Positions 45,767 to 55,220 of a stretch of 57,715 nucleotides of DNA are shown piece after piece. The translations under genes were made by a program, and so were the position numbers. Each line of letters opens with the position of its first letter. The first letter of the stretch is position 1. A model generated the notes under the pieces. That model ran no database searches, was not told the origin of the DNA, and was given only the letters and a program-made list of their open reading frames with translations. Source of the DNA: a virus (taxonomy: Duplodnaviria > Caudoviricetes); the IMG/VR virus record IMGVR_UViG_3300032212_000007, positions 1 through 57,715 of that record. One strand, 5' to 3'.

Positions 45767-46033
45767 ATGAAAAAACTATTAATAATAACATTACTGACAC
45801 TAGGACTAAATGCTTGCGATGGGCCAATAGATACCAGTTCCTTTCCGCTTCAAACTCCTTTACATGAGTATGAAATTGACACGTGGGGAGCTAATAGCGA
45901 GGTGTATGAGATTATCCCTAAATCAGCCCCTGATTACAGATGTGTAATGCTAATGCTAGACTCAGGAAGGGCTGTAGGATTTGATTGCTTTCCAGTAACT
46001 CAACAAACAGAGGTAAGTAATGAATACAAATAA
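45767..46033 (+). CDS. Lipoprotein
   Basis: MKK + hydrophobic core + lipobox LNAC. Confidence 0.65.
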   Translation: MKKLLIITLLTLGLNACDGPIDTSSFPLQTPLHEYEIDTWGANSEVYEIIPKSAPDYRCVMLMLDSGRAVGFDCFPVTQQTEVSNEYK

Positions 46034-46213
46034 AATTAAAGCAAATGAAATTAAAGCAATAGAACTAGTATCACCAATAACCTTAGAGCAGTTAATAATG
46101 TTAGCAGGTGAGTATAGGGAATTTCAATTAATTATGGATAGCACAAAATCAGTACACTATCTAGAAATAAATAAACTAAATAAAACAATTAATCTACTAT
46201 AGGAGTAAATAAA

Positions 46214-46510
46214 ATGACCAAATCAAAAAAAGAAACTGTACATATACATAATCATATAATTAGAGATACTGTCACTTTCATTTGTTGTCCAAGTAGTACT
46301 ATAGCTAGTGCGTGCGGAGTAGGCAAATCTACATTATGGGAACTAATGAATTGTCCAACGAAGAGATTCCGTATAGAAACTGTAGAGAAAGTATGTAAGG
46401 GACTTGCTCTCAATATTGATGACGTAATTAAGAAAGAGGAACGAAAAGCTATAAGCAAACCTAAAGGACTTAGAATAGAAGTAGGTAAAAAAATATATAG
46501 ATGCCGATGA
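46214..46510 (+). CDS. XRE/Cro-like helix-turn-helix protein
   Basis: STIASACGVGKSTLWELMN...RIETVEKVCKGL. Confidence 0.7.
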   Translation: MTKSKKETVHIHNHIIRDTVTFICCPSSTIASACGVGKSTLWELMNCPTKRFRIETVEKVCKGLALNIDDVIKKEERKAISKPKGLRIEVGKKIYRCR

Positions 46511-46806
46511 TGATGTTGTGGAGATATTAGTAAAACATAATTCAAGATATATTGGACATTGTATTGATAGATTTGGTGACGATGTATGTATTATGTTTGA
46601 TACAAGAGGTGTACCAGTAAATGATATTGGCAGTCAATTGGAAAGGGAAGTGCCCCCTCCTTTTATTCCGTTGAAGGGTTTTATAAGTATGTTTAAGGAC
46701 TCTTCAAATGCATATCATTCCTGCTATGTAGAAGGTAAGTTAGACCTACACACTGATATAATCATAGACCTGTCAACATTAACCGAAGCTAACTTTGTGA
46801 AGGTAG

Positions 46807-47049
46807 ATGAATAATAAAGATATAAAGATGGAAGTGATAATATTTGATGATGGTGACGAATGTACATATGAGGATGTTACATTTAATGTGGTATATTATA
46901 CATTCAAAGAACATCATACAGAAAATATTATATATACATGGACAGAAATAGTTGACTATAGTTACGATAACAAGTACAGTAACTTAGAACAATTAAATAC
47001 ACACTTGGAAAAGTCATTATATGACGAATTGGAGGAGATTGAAGAATGA
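46807..47049 (+). CDS. Hypothetical acidic protein
   Basis: 80-aa ORF coupled to its neighbours. Confidence 0.5.
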   Translation: MNNKDIKMEVIIFDDGDECTYEDVTFNVVYYTFKEHHTENIIYTWTEIVDYSYDNKYSNLEQLNTHLEKSLYDELEEIEE

Positions 47050-47537
47050 ATGAAAGAGAACTTAGACAAGTATTAGAGCAGCATGTTCTTTGGTTAGAGG
47101 GTAAAGATGGGGGGAGGAGGGCTGACTTGAGAGAGGTTAACTTGAGAGGTACTGACTTTAGGGATACTAACTTGAGAGGTGCTGACTTTATGGGTGCTGA
47201 CTTGAGAAATGCTGACTTGGGAGGTGCTGACTTGAGAGGTGCTGACTTTATGGGTGCTGACTTTATGGGAGCTAACTTGATGGGAGCTAACTTGATGGGA
47301 GCTAACTTGATGGGGGTTGATTTGAGGGATGTCGTAGGTAACGGTATAGAAATAAAACACAGTAGTGAGTATCATTACCATCTGTCGTGGACAAAAGACA
47401 CTTTAGCTATCGGCTGTAAACAATATCTCATAGAAGACTGGAATAGTTTTAGTGACGAAGAAATAGATACTATGGCCCATGGTGCCCTTGATTGGTGGAA
47501 AGAATATAAAGATGAAGTTATGGAGTTAGTAAAATGA
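47046..47537 (+). CDS. Pentapeptide repeat protein
   Basis: About 14 A(D/N)Lxx units (15-bp DNA repeats); C-terminal LAIGCKQY...WW domain. Confidence 0.9.
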   Translation: MNERELRQVLEQHVLWLEGKDGGRRADLREVNLRGTDFRDTNLRGADFMGADLRNADLGGADLRGADFMGADFMGANLMGANLMGANLMGVDLRDVVGNGIEIKHSSEYHYHLSWTKDTLAIGCKQYLIEDWNSFSDEEIDTMAHGALDWWKEYKDEVMELVK

Positions 47538-48037
47538 AAGAAGGTGATATTATAAGAAAGGATGGAAAGTCCTACAAGGTGACTTTGGAGGAAGTAGAGG
47601 AGAGTTATAGTGGTGCTTTGTATATACACACTGGAGCTAGCTTAGATTATTGGGTTGTTAGGCAGGAGAATGATGGTGCATTTCAGGCGGAGCGTATAAG
47701 TATACCAAGTATCAAATATTTAGATTATGCTAAAAATGTATTTGAAACAGAATCACATGCACAACAATTTGCAGATGCGTTAAATACTATGGCAGAGCTT
47801 AGGGAAACAAGTGTACTGCCTGTAGATGGTGTGGAGCAGTACACATTAAGTCTTTCTTTCAATAAGAAAGGGCAGTATTGGTTGATATCATACTCAGTTA
47901 GATATATGAAAGGGAAGTTATACAGCCCTTTACCATATTACGCAACATGGGCTGAGGCTGAGGAATTACTTAGGAAGGTAGGGGACGAGAGGATTATAAA
48001 GATGTTAAAAGTGTTTAAGGGGATTTATGATGAGTGA
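47534..48037 (+). CDS. Hypothetical protein
   Basis: 167 aa, ATGA overlap. Confidence 0.55.
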   Translation: MKEGDIIRKDGKSYKVTLEEVEESYSGALYIHTGASLDYWVVRQENDGAFQAERISIPSIKYLDYAKNVFETESHAQQFADALNTMAELRETSVLPVDGVEQYTLSLSFNKKGQYWLISYSVRYMKGKLYSPLPYYATWAEAEELLRKVGDERIIKMLKVFKGIYDE

Positions 48038-48404
48038 GATACTAGATAAAGTGGCTATTGCTTTGAGGGATAGTTTTGATGTTGTATATACATACGACAA
48101 ACACGAAGTCCATATGCAGTTATCTGACCCTGTAGAAATGGCTCGAGCAGCTATATACGTTATTAGACAGGATTATAAATTAGTTCCTAAAGATAGCGTT
48201 GTGGTGCTCCCACATGATGCAGTGCCAGAAGTAGGTGATGTTGTTACAGATTCTAATAAAAAAGTTTGTGGAATATATGTAGGTAGAAACACGATTGAAG
48301 GTATGGAAAGCCACAATGGAAAACGTTTTTATGCCCTTAATGGAGATATTATAATAGTTATACGCAATGGTAAACCAGTACTGCAGGAGAAGAAGAATGA
48401 CTAA
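48027..48404 (+). CDS. Hypothetical protein
   Basis: 125-aa ORF in a tightly packed run. Confidence 0.5.
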   Translation: MMSEILDKVAIALRDSFDVVYTYDKHEVHMQLSDPVEMARAAIYVIRQDYKLVPKDSVVVLPHDAVPEVGDVVTDSNKKVCGIYVGRNTIEGMESHNGKRFYALNGDIIIVIRNGKPVLQEKKND

Positions 48405-48813
48405 TAAACTATATTATGATGACCCTTTAAAGGCTACATATATGGCTAGAGAGTTTGGGGTTAAGTATTGGGAAACAATACATTACCCTTCAGAGGACAA
48501 TAATTACTATCCATTTTTTACGTATGACACTGGCGAATATCCTGATGTTAAAGAAGTTATTTATTCAGATTATGATAGATTCTATGTCCACCCTGATTCA
48601 TATCATATATTTGAGGATAATGAAGATTGGGATATAGCATTATTACAGGATGCGGAGGAGTTTTTCTTTCCTTTTACTTACTACGGCGAGAAAGGATGGC
48701 ACTTTTCTTCAACGAGTCCAATAGGTAATTATACGCAGAGCATTCTAGATGAGAAAGGTATAAATACTATTATTCGAGATAATAAACACTTTTTTATGCC
48801 AGAGGTAGAGTAA
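48397..48813 (+). CDS. Hypothetical protein (start MTNKLYY)
   Basis: AGGAG RBS; aromatic/acidic composition. Confidence 0.5.
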   Translation: MTNKLYYDDPLKATYMAREFGVKYWETIHYPSEDNNYYPFFTYDTGEYPDVKEVIYSDYDRFYVHPDSYHIFEDNEDWDIALLQDAEEFFFPFTYYGEKGWHFSSTSPIGNYTQSILDEKGINTIIRDNKHFFMPEVE

Positions 48814-49112
48814 TGAGTAAAATTAAAGCAGTAGTATGTAATGGTGTTAGATACGAAGTTGCTAATAGAAAGAAAGATATAGCTAAGGCTCAAGAGGAGG
48901 CTTTTAATAAAGCTTCATATATAGTGAATGATGTTGGTCGTTTAGGACAACAGATAGCAGTACAGGAATATTATCCAGATATATGTGAGATACGTGAGTT
49001 AAATAGAAATGATAAGAACATTATAGAACTTTACGCAAGTTATGAAGGCGGTAAGCCTTATCTATACAAAACATTATTAAACGTAAGTGAAGTAGAGTGG
49101 TATCAGTGGTGA
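48813..49112 (+). CDS. Hypothetical protein
   Basis: TAATG coupling to the upstream gene. Confidence 0.5.
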   Translation: MSKIKAVVCNGVRYEVANRKKDIAKAQEEAFNKASYIVNDVGRLGQQIAVQEYYPDICEIRELNRNDKNIIELYASYEGGKPYLYKTLLNVSEVEWYQW

Positions 49113-49226
49113 ATGAGAGAGAGTCAATAATTAGAAAATGTGTACTAGATAGTGATGGGAAGTTTCCAGAAGGAATGAACGGTATTTATTTTATGGGAGA
49201 GAGAATTGAAAGAACTACTTTTAAAC

Positions 49227-49258
49227 GTATGTGTAAAGAATTAGGATATTAAAATGAT
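49227..49258 (+). repeat. 32-bp direct repeat, copy 1 (copy 2 at 49697-49728)
   Basis: GTATGTGTAAAGAATTAGGATATTAAAATGAT occurs twice, identically. Confidence 0.9.
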
Positions 49259-49706
49259 AAATTGTTTTTTAGATACAGAAATGATTGAATTTAATATTCA
49301 TTCTATACAGATAAAACAAGCATCAAGAGGGAATTTAATAGCGTTAATATTCTACCAAAGCATGGATATTACTAATTCTGGAACTCCTGAACATAACGGC
49401 GAGCAATCGTTAGGGTGGTTTTATAAAGTACATATAGTCGACGAGAATATAAAGAAATTATATAAACGGATAATAAAATCCTACTTTAAAGAAGAATTTA
49501 AAATATCCCCTCTCATATATATCAGTGAGATTCAAATAAAGACACAACTTAGAAAACCACATTCCTGTGAAGTGTTTATAGAATATCCCCCTACACTAAT
49601 AAAAGATATTTACAAACAAGATGAAATTAAATTTAATAAAACCATAGAGTTAAATCTAGTAGACAACATCATGAACCATATCACATCCGAAAGAGGGTAT
49701 GTGTAA
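49254..49706 (+). CDS. Hypothetical protein inside a direct-repeat-flanked cassette
   Basis: 150 aa; starts in repeat copy 1 and stops in copy 2. Confidence 0.55.
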   Translation: MINCFLDTEMIEFNIHSIQIKQASRGNLIALIFYQSMDITNSGTPEHNGEQSLGWFYKVHIVDENIKKLYKRIIKSYFKEEFKISPLIYISEIQIKTQLRKPHSCEVFIEYPPTLIKDIYKQDEIKFNKTIELNLVDNIMNHITSERGYV

Positions 49707-49728
49707 AGAATTAGGATATTAAAATGAT
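49697..49728 (+). repeat. 32-bp direct repeat, copy 2
   Basis: Identical to 49227-49258. Confidence 0.9.
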
Positions 49729-49945
49729 TACAAACGAAACAGAACTTATTGAGAATTTAAGAAAACGTGCTGATCTATATGATAAAGCTAATGATTATGC
49801 TGAAATACGTAATAACCTTATGTTTGAGGTAAGAAAGATTGAAAAGAAAATAGACGCTCTAAAAGCAGAAGCGGACATAATCAATAGAGATGTTGAAGAT
49901 TACTCACTAAAGACATTTAACTTATTCACAGAGGCTTTAAAATGA
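49724..49945 (+). CDS. Hypothetical coiled-coil protein
   Basis: 73 aa with a heptad-like pattern. Confidence 0.55.
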   Translation: MITNETELIENLRKRADLYDKANDYAEIRNNLMFEVRKIEKKIDALKAEADIINRDVEDYSLKTFNLFTEALK

Positions 49946-50041
49946 ACGAAGAACTAAAACAAAGAGCAATAGAGTTAATGAATGAAATATTATCAGATTA
50001 TTCCGGAATAGAATGGGAGAGAAAATAAATAACATTAGCCC

Positions 50042-50070
50042 TTGACACTGGCGGAATACCTATCTATAGT
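50042..50070 (+). promoter_or_regulatory. Sigma70 promoter
   Basis: TTGACA-17 nt-TATAGT, then AAGGAG RBS and ATG 50091. Confidence 0.75.
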
Positions 50071-50090
50071 GGGAAATAAGGAGAAAATAA

Positions 50091-50261
50091 ATGACTGATA
50101 TAAGTAAATGCGGAAATAGTGATAAATGTGAGGTAAAAGAGCAATGCTATAGATATATAGCTCCTGCTAATGAATATTCACAATCCTATTCACTATTTTA
50201 TAAAGATAACTTAAAGAATCCAAAAGATTGTGAAGGATATTGGAAGGTAGTGACATTATGA
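50091..50261 (+). CDS. Small Cys-containing protein (56 aa, not in the ORF track)
   Basis: MTDISKC...C..KEQCYRY...C..YW; strong RBS. Confidence 0.6.
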   Translation: MTDISKCGNSDKCEVKEQCYRYIAPANEYSQSYSLFYKDNLKNPKDCEGYWKVVTL

Positions 50262-50878
50262 ATAAAAAATATGACTGGTATGTTTGGCACACACCTCCAA
50301 CATCATGCCATTGTGCTACCTCGTCCCCGCCGTGTAGTTATTGTACACGTGAAGAACAATGTCCGCAGTGTTGTGGGGACTTATATGAGGATGAGAGATA
50401 TTGTGATAATTGCGGATATGTACCAAATTATGAAGAAAGTTTTTATAAATTAACAGGAGAACATAACATGAGTGAATATAATAAATATGCAAATTTAATA
50501 GCTGTACTAAATGAAGACTTAACTACAGTAGCTTGTCATGTATTAGGAAAAGATGACGGAGATTTATACTTATTTAAAGCTAGTAAGGAGTTAGCAAAAA
50601 CATTAACCAAAAATGATACAGTACTTGCGGGAAGTGTATTTAGCCCTAAGACCATGTCTATTTGGACTATCAAAGAGATACATGACGAAGTTGATATTAG
50701 TCCAGATAGTGAAAAACAATACGATTTTGTATTCCAGAAAGTTGATGAAGACGCATTAAGTGATCTCATAAGTTTTGAAGAGAAGAATGTAGGATCACTA
50801 AAACAACATCGTAAAGCTGCACTAAAGGAGCAATACCTTATGGAGAATAAGCTAAACGGTATTAAACTTATAAAGTAG
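50258..50878 (+). CDS. Cys-rich N-terminal domain fused in frame to a second domain (internal start at 50468)
   Basis: CHCATSSPPCSYC...CPQC...CDNC; internal CAGGAG RBS before MSEYNK. Confidence 0.55.
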   Translation: MNKKYDWYVWHTPPTSCHCATSSPPCSYCTREEQCPQCCGDLYEDERYCDNCGYVPNYEESFYKLTGEHNMSEYNKYANLIAVLNEDLTTVACHVLGKDDGDLYLFKASKELAKTLTKNDTVLAGSVFSPKTMSIWTIKEIHDEVDISPDSEKQYDFVFQKVDEDALSDLISFEEKNVGSLKQHRKAALKEQYLMENKLNGIKLIK

Positions 50879-50896
50879 GAATAAGATATTTATTAT

Positions 50897-50972
50897 GGCG
50901 GTTAAGATGTAATAGGTTGCATATATGAGTTTATAACATAAGGGAGTCAGTTCGATTCTGACGCCGCCACCA
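50897..50972 (+). tRNA. Non-canonical tRNA-like gene (anticodon ambiguous: TAT-Ile or TTA)
   Basis: 76 nt ending in CCA; T arm GTCAG-TTCGATT-CTGAC; D arm ATGT...GCAT; acceptor GGCGGT/GCCGCC only 6 bp; imperfect anticodon stem. Confidence 0.6.
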
Positions 50973-50986
50973 AACAGGAGAATAAA

Positions 50987-51373
50987 ATGAATGAAAGAAC
51001 AACAAAATTCATAGAAAATGATGGCACACTAAATTCCTTAGAATGTAATGATATTTATTTACTAGACAACGTTACGGACTTAGTACTGGAAAACTGTACC
51101 TTTGAAAGAATAATAAACTGTAGTCAGTTAAAAAATCTTAGAATGCAACATTGTCATGCAGGGGAGATATCCTTAGGTAATAAATTACAAGGTTTAAAAA
51201 TAGAAGATTGTAATATAGACAATTTATGTTTTTTTGACTCCAACCCTCTAGACGATATTATTATATGTAGAAACGCTATTAAAGCAGTAACTTATACACC
51301 TCTAGATAATAAAGACACTGCTCCAGATTTCTTTAAGCAATTACAGTCAGAATCAGGGGAATCATATGACTGA
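50987..51373 (+). CDS. LRR-like / beta-solenoid protein
   Basis: Recurrent LxLxNC units (LVLENC, LRMQHC, LKIEDC). Confidence 0.5.
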   Translation: MNERTTKFIENDGTLNSLECNDIYLLDNVTDLVLENCTFERIINCSQLKNLRMQHCHAGEISLGNKLQGLKIEDCNIDNLCFFDSNPLDDIIICRNAIKAVTYTPLDNKDTAPDFFKQLQSESGESYD

Positions 51374-51565
51374 TATTCAATTTAATTACATAATACTCTT
51401 ATTGGGTTTGTCAGTAATGGTACAAGCTATAGCATCAACAAAACTGAACCCAGCCCCTTTCATTTTTCTAGTAGTAGTGCAAATAATAAACTTCACCATA
51501 AGTATGTATGAAACTTATTTTTAACTTAACAACAAAGGTATTAGTGTAGAAGGAGTAAAAACAAG

Positions 51566-51916
51566 ATGAACGAATATAGTATATTAGAAGACCCCTCAGC
51601 ACTATCTACGGTATTAGCTAATGCTATTAATATAGATGACGTTGGAGAACCATATCCACCATATATGGACATACCTGATAAGCTACAAATACAAATGACC
51701 TTCCCGTTTAGGGGTGCTGCTGTACGGTTTCGAGCAAGGCTTAAAGGCTGTACTCATAGTATATCTGTGTATTTAGATACGGGTAATACATTAGGTTACT
51801 ATGGGGATGGCGGCAGTTATTGGGAGGCTTACCCTATAAATGACGAGACATATAGATGCGATATTAATGATGTAGACGAACTAATGAAAGTAATAGTAGG
51901 AGAGTTAGAAAAATGA
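51566..51916 (+). CDS. Hypothetical protein
   Basis: AAGGAG RBS; ISVYLD...YWEAYP. Confidence 0.6.
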   Translation: MNEYSILEDPSALSTVLANAINIDDVGEPYPPYMDIPDKLQIQMTFPFRGAAVRFRARLKGCTHSISVYLDTGNTLGYYGDGGSYWEAYPINDETYRCDINDVDELMKVIVGELEK

Positions 51917-52278
51917 CTGATAAAGAAATATTAACACGTAGAGAAGATGAACTATTTTATGGTGAGGTATATGATATGTGGGAAGATTTAGGGCTATCGT
52001 GCGCAGGATATAATAGCGAGATAGACGCTGATGTTATCGCTGTCTGTGAGCATATTATAAGCTCTTTTGATGAATCCACCCCTGAACCAAAGCCGTTAGA
52101 CTTAGATGATAAATATGTAGAGCTGATAAAATATATCCTTTGTAATGCGGGATTATGCGACTATGGTACTAGTCCAAGAGTTTGCTTCTCTAATCGAGGG
52201 AAACTAGAAGAGTTCTTGGAAAAGGTATATCAAGAGCAATCTACTATTCGGGAAATACGAACTGAAAAAGGAGAATAA
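51913..52278 (+). CDS. Hypothetical protein
   Basis: LCDYGTSPR motif; ATGA overlap. Confidence 0.6.
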   Translation: MTDKEILTRREDELFYGEVYDMWEDLGLSCAGYNSEIDADVIAVCEHIISSFDESTPEPKPLDLDDKYVELIKYILCNAGLCDYGTSPRVCFSNRGKLEEFLEKVYQEQSTIREIRTEKGE

Positions 52279-52446
52279 CAAGATGAATGAAATAGAATAT
52301 GATGTCCTTAATACGGAATTAAAGCAATCTATAGAAATAATAGACGAGCTATACAGAGAAAGATACAATATTGCTGTATCTATAAGAAAGGAAACTATAA
52401 GAAAGGATAAAATACTAGAAAGATTGCATAAGCATGAGGAATCAAA

Positions 52447-52890
52447 ATGACTGAAACAACATCAAAAGAAGTAGCAACACTTGCTAGCCAATATATAAAA
52501 TTCAAGTCCATATCTGTGACATCAATGGAAGGCGAACAACTGGCAGAGTTACAAAAAGATATAAGGTCGATGGCTGCAAGTTTATTAACACAATGTGAGG
52601 ATAAGGGGGGTTTCTTGGTTTCTAAAGGGCAAGGAATCAATAAAAGCTGTCATAGTGCTGATCTTTCTATCGGTGTAGATTGGACTCATGAAGATACAGA
52701 TAATGATTATAGGGTTGAGTTTTCAGATGACTATAAAACTTATTCAATATATAGGTTTGACTCGCTAATAGAACGAGTGGGACATGCAGAATCACTAAGT
52801 AATAAGGAACATAATAAAGTTATGTCTTACATATATGAGAGGGTTGTGAAATACCAAGAGGGAGGAGAAAATGACCAGAACAATACATAA
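52447..52890 (+). CDS. Hypothetical protein
   Basis: GAGGA RBS; N-terminus similar to 5465-5620. Confidence 0.6.
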   Translation: MTETTSKEVATLASQYIKFKSISVTSMEGEQLAELQKDIRSMAASLLTQCEDKGGFLVSKGQGINKSCHSADLSIGVDWTHEDTDNDYRVEFSDDYKTYSIYRFDSLIERVGHAESLSNKEHNKVMSYIYERVVKYQEGGENDQNNT

Positions 52891-53056
52891 CAAGGCCATA
52901 GAGTGCGTATTACTGCTTTTACTAGCCATAATACTAATATCAGGCTGTCAGCAGTTTAAGCATAGCTTCACGCCACCTGATACAGAGATTAAACAGAAGT
53001 ACCAAGGCTGTTTAGATGGTAGATATATTAGAGTAGAGAGGAAATGTAATGAATAA
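52871..53056 (+). CDS. Small lipoprotein
   Basis: Hydrophobic core + ISGC lipobox. Confidence 0.5.
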   Translation: MTRTIHNKAIECVLLLLLAIILISGCQQFKHSFTPPDTEIKQKYQGCLDGRYIRVERKCNE

Positions 53057-53429
53057 AGAATATTACTATAGATACACATTCTATCCTTCCTTAATGAAAG
53101 GTATGGAATTACACTGTCTAGCTTTTGAAGTTATAAAACACACTAAATGTGGGGTCATTATACAGCTACACTTTAAAGGTAAATATAAATCAGATCAAAA
53201 ATTCATCAATAACAATAACCTGAAAAGATTTGCCTATCCGACTAAAGAAGAAGCTTTAAAAAACTTTCTGATATGTAAAGAATATGAAGTAACAAGGCTA
53301 TGTACAAAAATAGAAGCACATGAAGCACATATAAGGGACATAGAGTATATAGTAACTAAAGCGGAAAATACGGAAGCAGCATTAAATACCTCTGTAACAT
53401 ATAAAACTAAGGAGAAATGTAATGGATAA
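53049..53429 (+). CDS. Hypothetical protein
   Basis: YYYRY...VIKHTKCG...KRFAYPTKEEALKNF. Confidence 0.6.
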   Translation: MNKEYYYRYTFYPSLMKGMELHCLAFEVIKHTKCGVIIQLHFKGKYKSDQKFINNNNLKRFAYPTKEEALKNFLICKEYEVTRLCTKIEAHEAHIRDIEYIVTKAENTEAALNTSVTYKTKEKCNG

Positions 53430-53768
53430 GAATAAAATAACTAATATACTACAACTAGAACGGCCATTAAAACATTGGGAACTAGCTTATTGCCATAAGG
53501 AATACGGAGCTAGTAAAACCAGTGTAAGGAAGTTATATCTGAAATATTTAATTTATAGAATAATAAACTATTAGCGGAAATAAAATAATGTTATACAAGA
53601 TATGGGATCTAGACACAAAATCATGGTGGACATCGGAAAGTAGTATCTCAACATGTAATAGCATATGGGATTCCCAAACAGAAGTACATAAAGCGTTAAA
53701 AGAGCTTGAAGCCCCTAAAAACTATGCTATAATGACGTTTAACTTAGATAATAAAGGAGACTAGAATC

Positions 53769-53921
53769 ATGAATTTATTATCAGCTTTAACATTAATATT
53801 CATTACACTAAAATTAACATCAGTTATTACATGGAGTTGGTGGCTGGTTTTAATGCCAAGTTTAATAGAGGGTACTATCTTTATTCTTATATTATTCATC
53901 TTATGGAAGACACAGAGGTAA
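53769..53921 (+). CDS. Small membrane protein (50 aa, not in the ORF track)
   Basis: LTLIFITLKLTSVITWSWWLVLMP; AAGGAG RBS. Confidence 0.6.
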   Translation: MNLLSALTLIFITLKLTSVITWSWWLVLMPSLIEGTIFILILFILWKTQR

Positions 53922-53923
53922 AA

Positions 53924-54196
53924 ATGTTACATAAATTAGTTATATCCACTACAATAACTTTAGCTCTTTTAGGAGCATTAACTATTACGGAAAATCAGTT
54001 ATTGAATGATAAAAGATTTGAAGCCATAGAACTTGAATTAAAACTTTTTGAATTACAATATAAACTAGACACAGAAGAAAGAAGTAATAACCCATTAAAA
54101 AAGGAGCTTAAAGCCCCTTCTAACAATCCTGATCTAAATCAATATCCAGATATTTATCCCTCTCAGATTTACGACTGGAATAAACACCTCACATAA
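53924..54196 (+). CDS. Hypothetical protein with N-terminal hydrophobic anchor (start MLHKLV)
   Basis: GAGG RBS before ATG 53924. Confidence 0.5.
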   Translation: MLHKLVISTTITLALLGALTITENQLLNDKRFEAIELELKLFELQYKLDTEERSNNPLKKELKAPSNNPDLNQYPDIYPSQIYDWNKHLT

Positions 54197-54221
54197 CTCG
54201 TTATACAGAGACTTTAGCTAC

Positions 54222-54290
54222 ATTTAGCTACCCTACTGTATAAAATATAGTTAAAGCCTCTGCACGGCCTTTAAAAGCCGTTTAAACACT
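54222..54290. repeat. 69-bp inverted repeat, left arm
   Basis: 65/69 identical to the reverse complement of 55624-55692. Confidence 0.9.
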
Positions 54291-54627
54291 ATTCCATCCA
54301 TTCAGAGACATCTAACAGATACACATCACTATATTCTATATCATAAATAGGAATAATATCATTTAAAAGACTGAAAACATCTGTATCTAGTTCATTTACA
54401 TAAATAGTATACATAAAACGTTCTTTAATGGATGTGTTACGTCCTCCGTCGATCAAATCAGGATGGGGAGGTTCAGTACTGTCCATACAATGAGCTGTAA
54501 AGCCAGCTTCAAATTCCTGATAATTATCAATAAGCATAGATTCAAATGCCATAATATCCTTTTCTTTAGCACCACTAAACACCTTAAAAACTATCTTTAA
54601 CTTTTTGTTGTATTTAACATTTAACAT
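54289..54627 (-). CDS. Hypothetical protein, the only credible minus-strand gene of the early region
   Basis: GGAG RBS, own promoter, stop abuts the left IR arm. Confidence 0.6.
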   Translation of the reverse strand: MLNVKYNKKLKIVFKVFSGAKEKDIMAFESMLIDNYQEFEAGFTAHCMDSTEPPHPDLIDGGRNTSIKERFMYTIYVNELDTDVFSLLNDIIPIYDIEYSDVYLLDVSEWME

Positions 54628-54667
54628 TTCAATAACTCCATATAACTAATTTTTAACTATGTAACCT

Positions 54668-54696
54668 GTTATAAGTCCCAGAAAACTATCTGTCAA
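54668..54696 (-). promoter_or_regulatory. Sigma70 promoter for 54289-54627
   Basis: Minus strand TTGACA-17 nt-TATAAC. Confidence 0.7.
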
Positions 54697-54710
54697 GCAG
54701 TAAGTTACAT

Positions 54711-55200
54711 CTGTAACCTGTAACTATTCTTTTCCGCCACATCCGGAGGATGTCACAGTTAAACACCTGTTTAACATCCTTTTAACTGTGTTTAACTACT
54801 TTAAAAGACTTTTAACTATATGTTTTAAAGGGAAATACAGAAGCTGTACCGTAACTAGAACCTTTTAACTTCCATTAAAAAAGGGCTTTAAGCAGCTTTA
54901 AACTCCTTATAGCCCTGTAACCTGTAACTATTCTTTTCCGCCACATCCGGAGGATGTCACAGTTAAACACCTGTTTAACATCCTTTTAACTACTTTAAAA
55001 GACTTTTAACTATCTTTTAACTATCTTTTAACATCTGTTTAACTGTGTTTAACTACTTTAAAAGTCTTTTAACTATCTTTTAACTTTGTTTCTTAAAGGG
55101 GTCTTTACAGGATGTAACGTAACTAGAAACTTTTAACATCTGTTAAACAGCCTTTAAAGCTGCCTTATAGCTACCTATCAGCTGCCTCTCAGCTACCCCC
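54711..55200. repeat. Non-coding tandem duplication with palindromes and TTTAAC(T/A) iterons; candidate replication origin or ncRNA
   Basis: 77-bp identical copies at 54711-54787 and 54915-54991, each with ACATCC-GGA-GGATGT and GTTAAACA-CC-TGTTTAAC; more than 10 TTTAAC(T/A) units. Confidence 0.8.
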
Positions 55201-55220
55201 CTTACCCCCCTATGGCTCGC

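Noticed and set aside
50924-50940. Stop-codon reassignment via an ochre suppressor tRNA
   Set aside because: Core genes are full length in the standard code and commonly end in TAA
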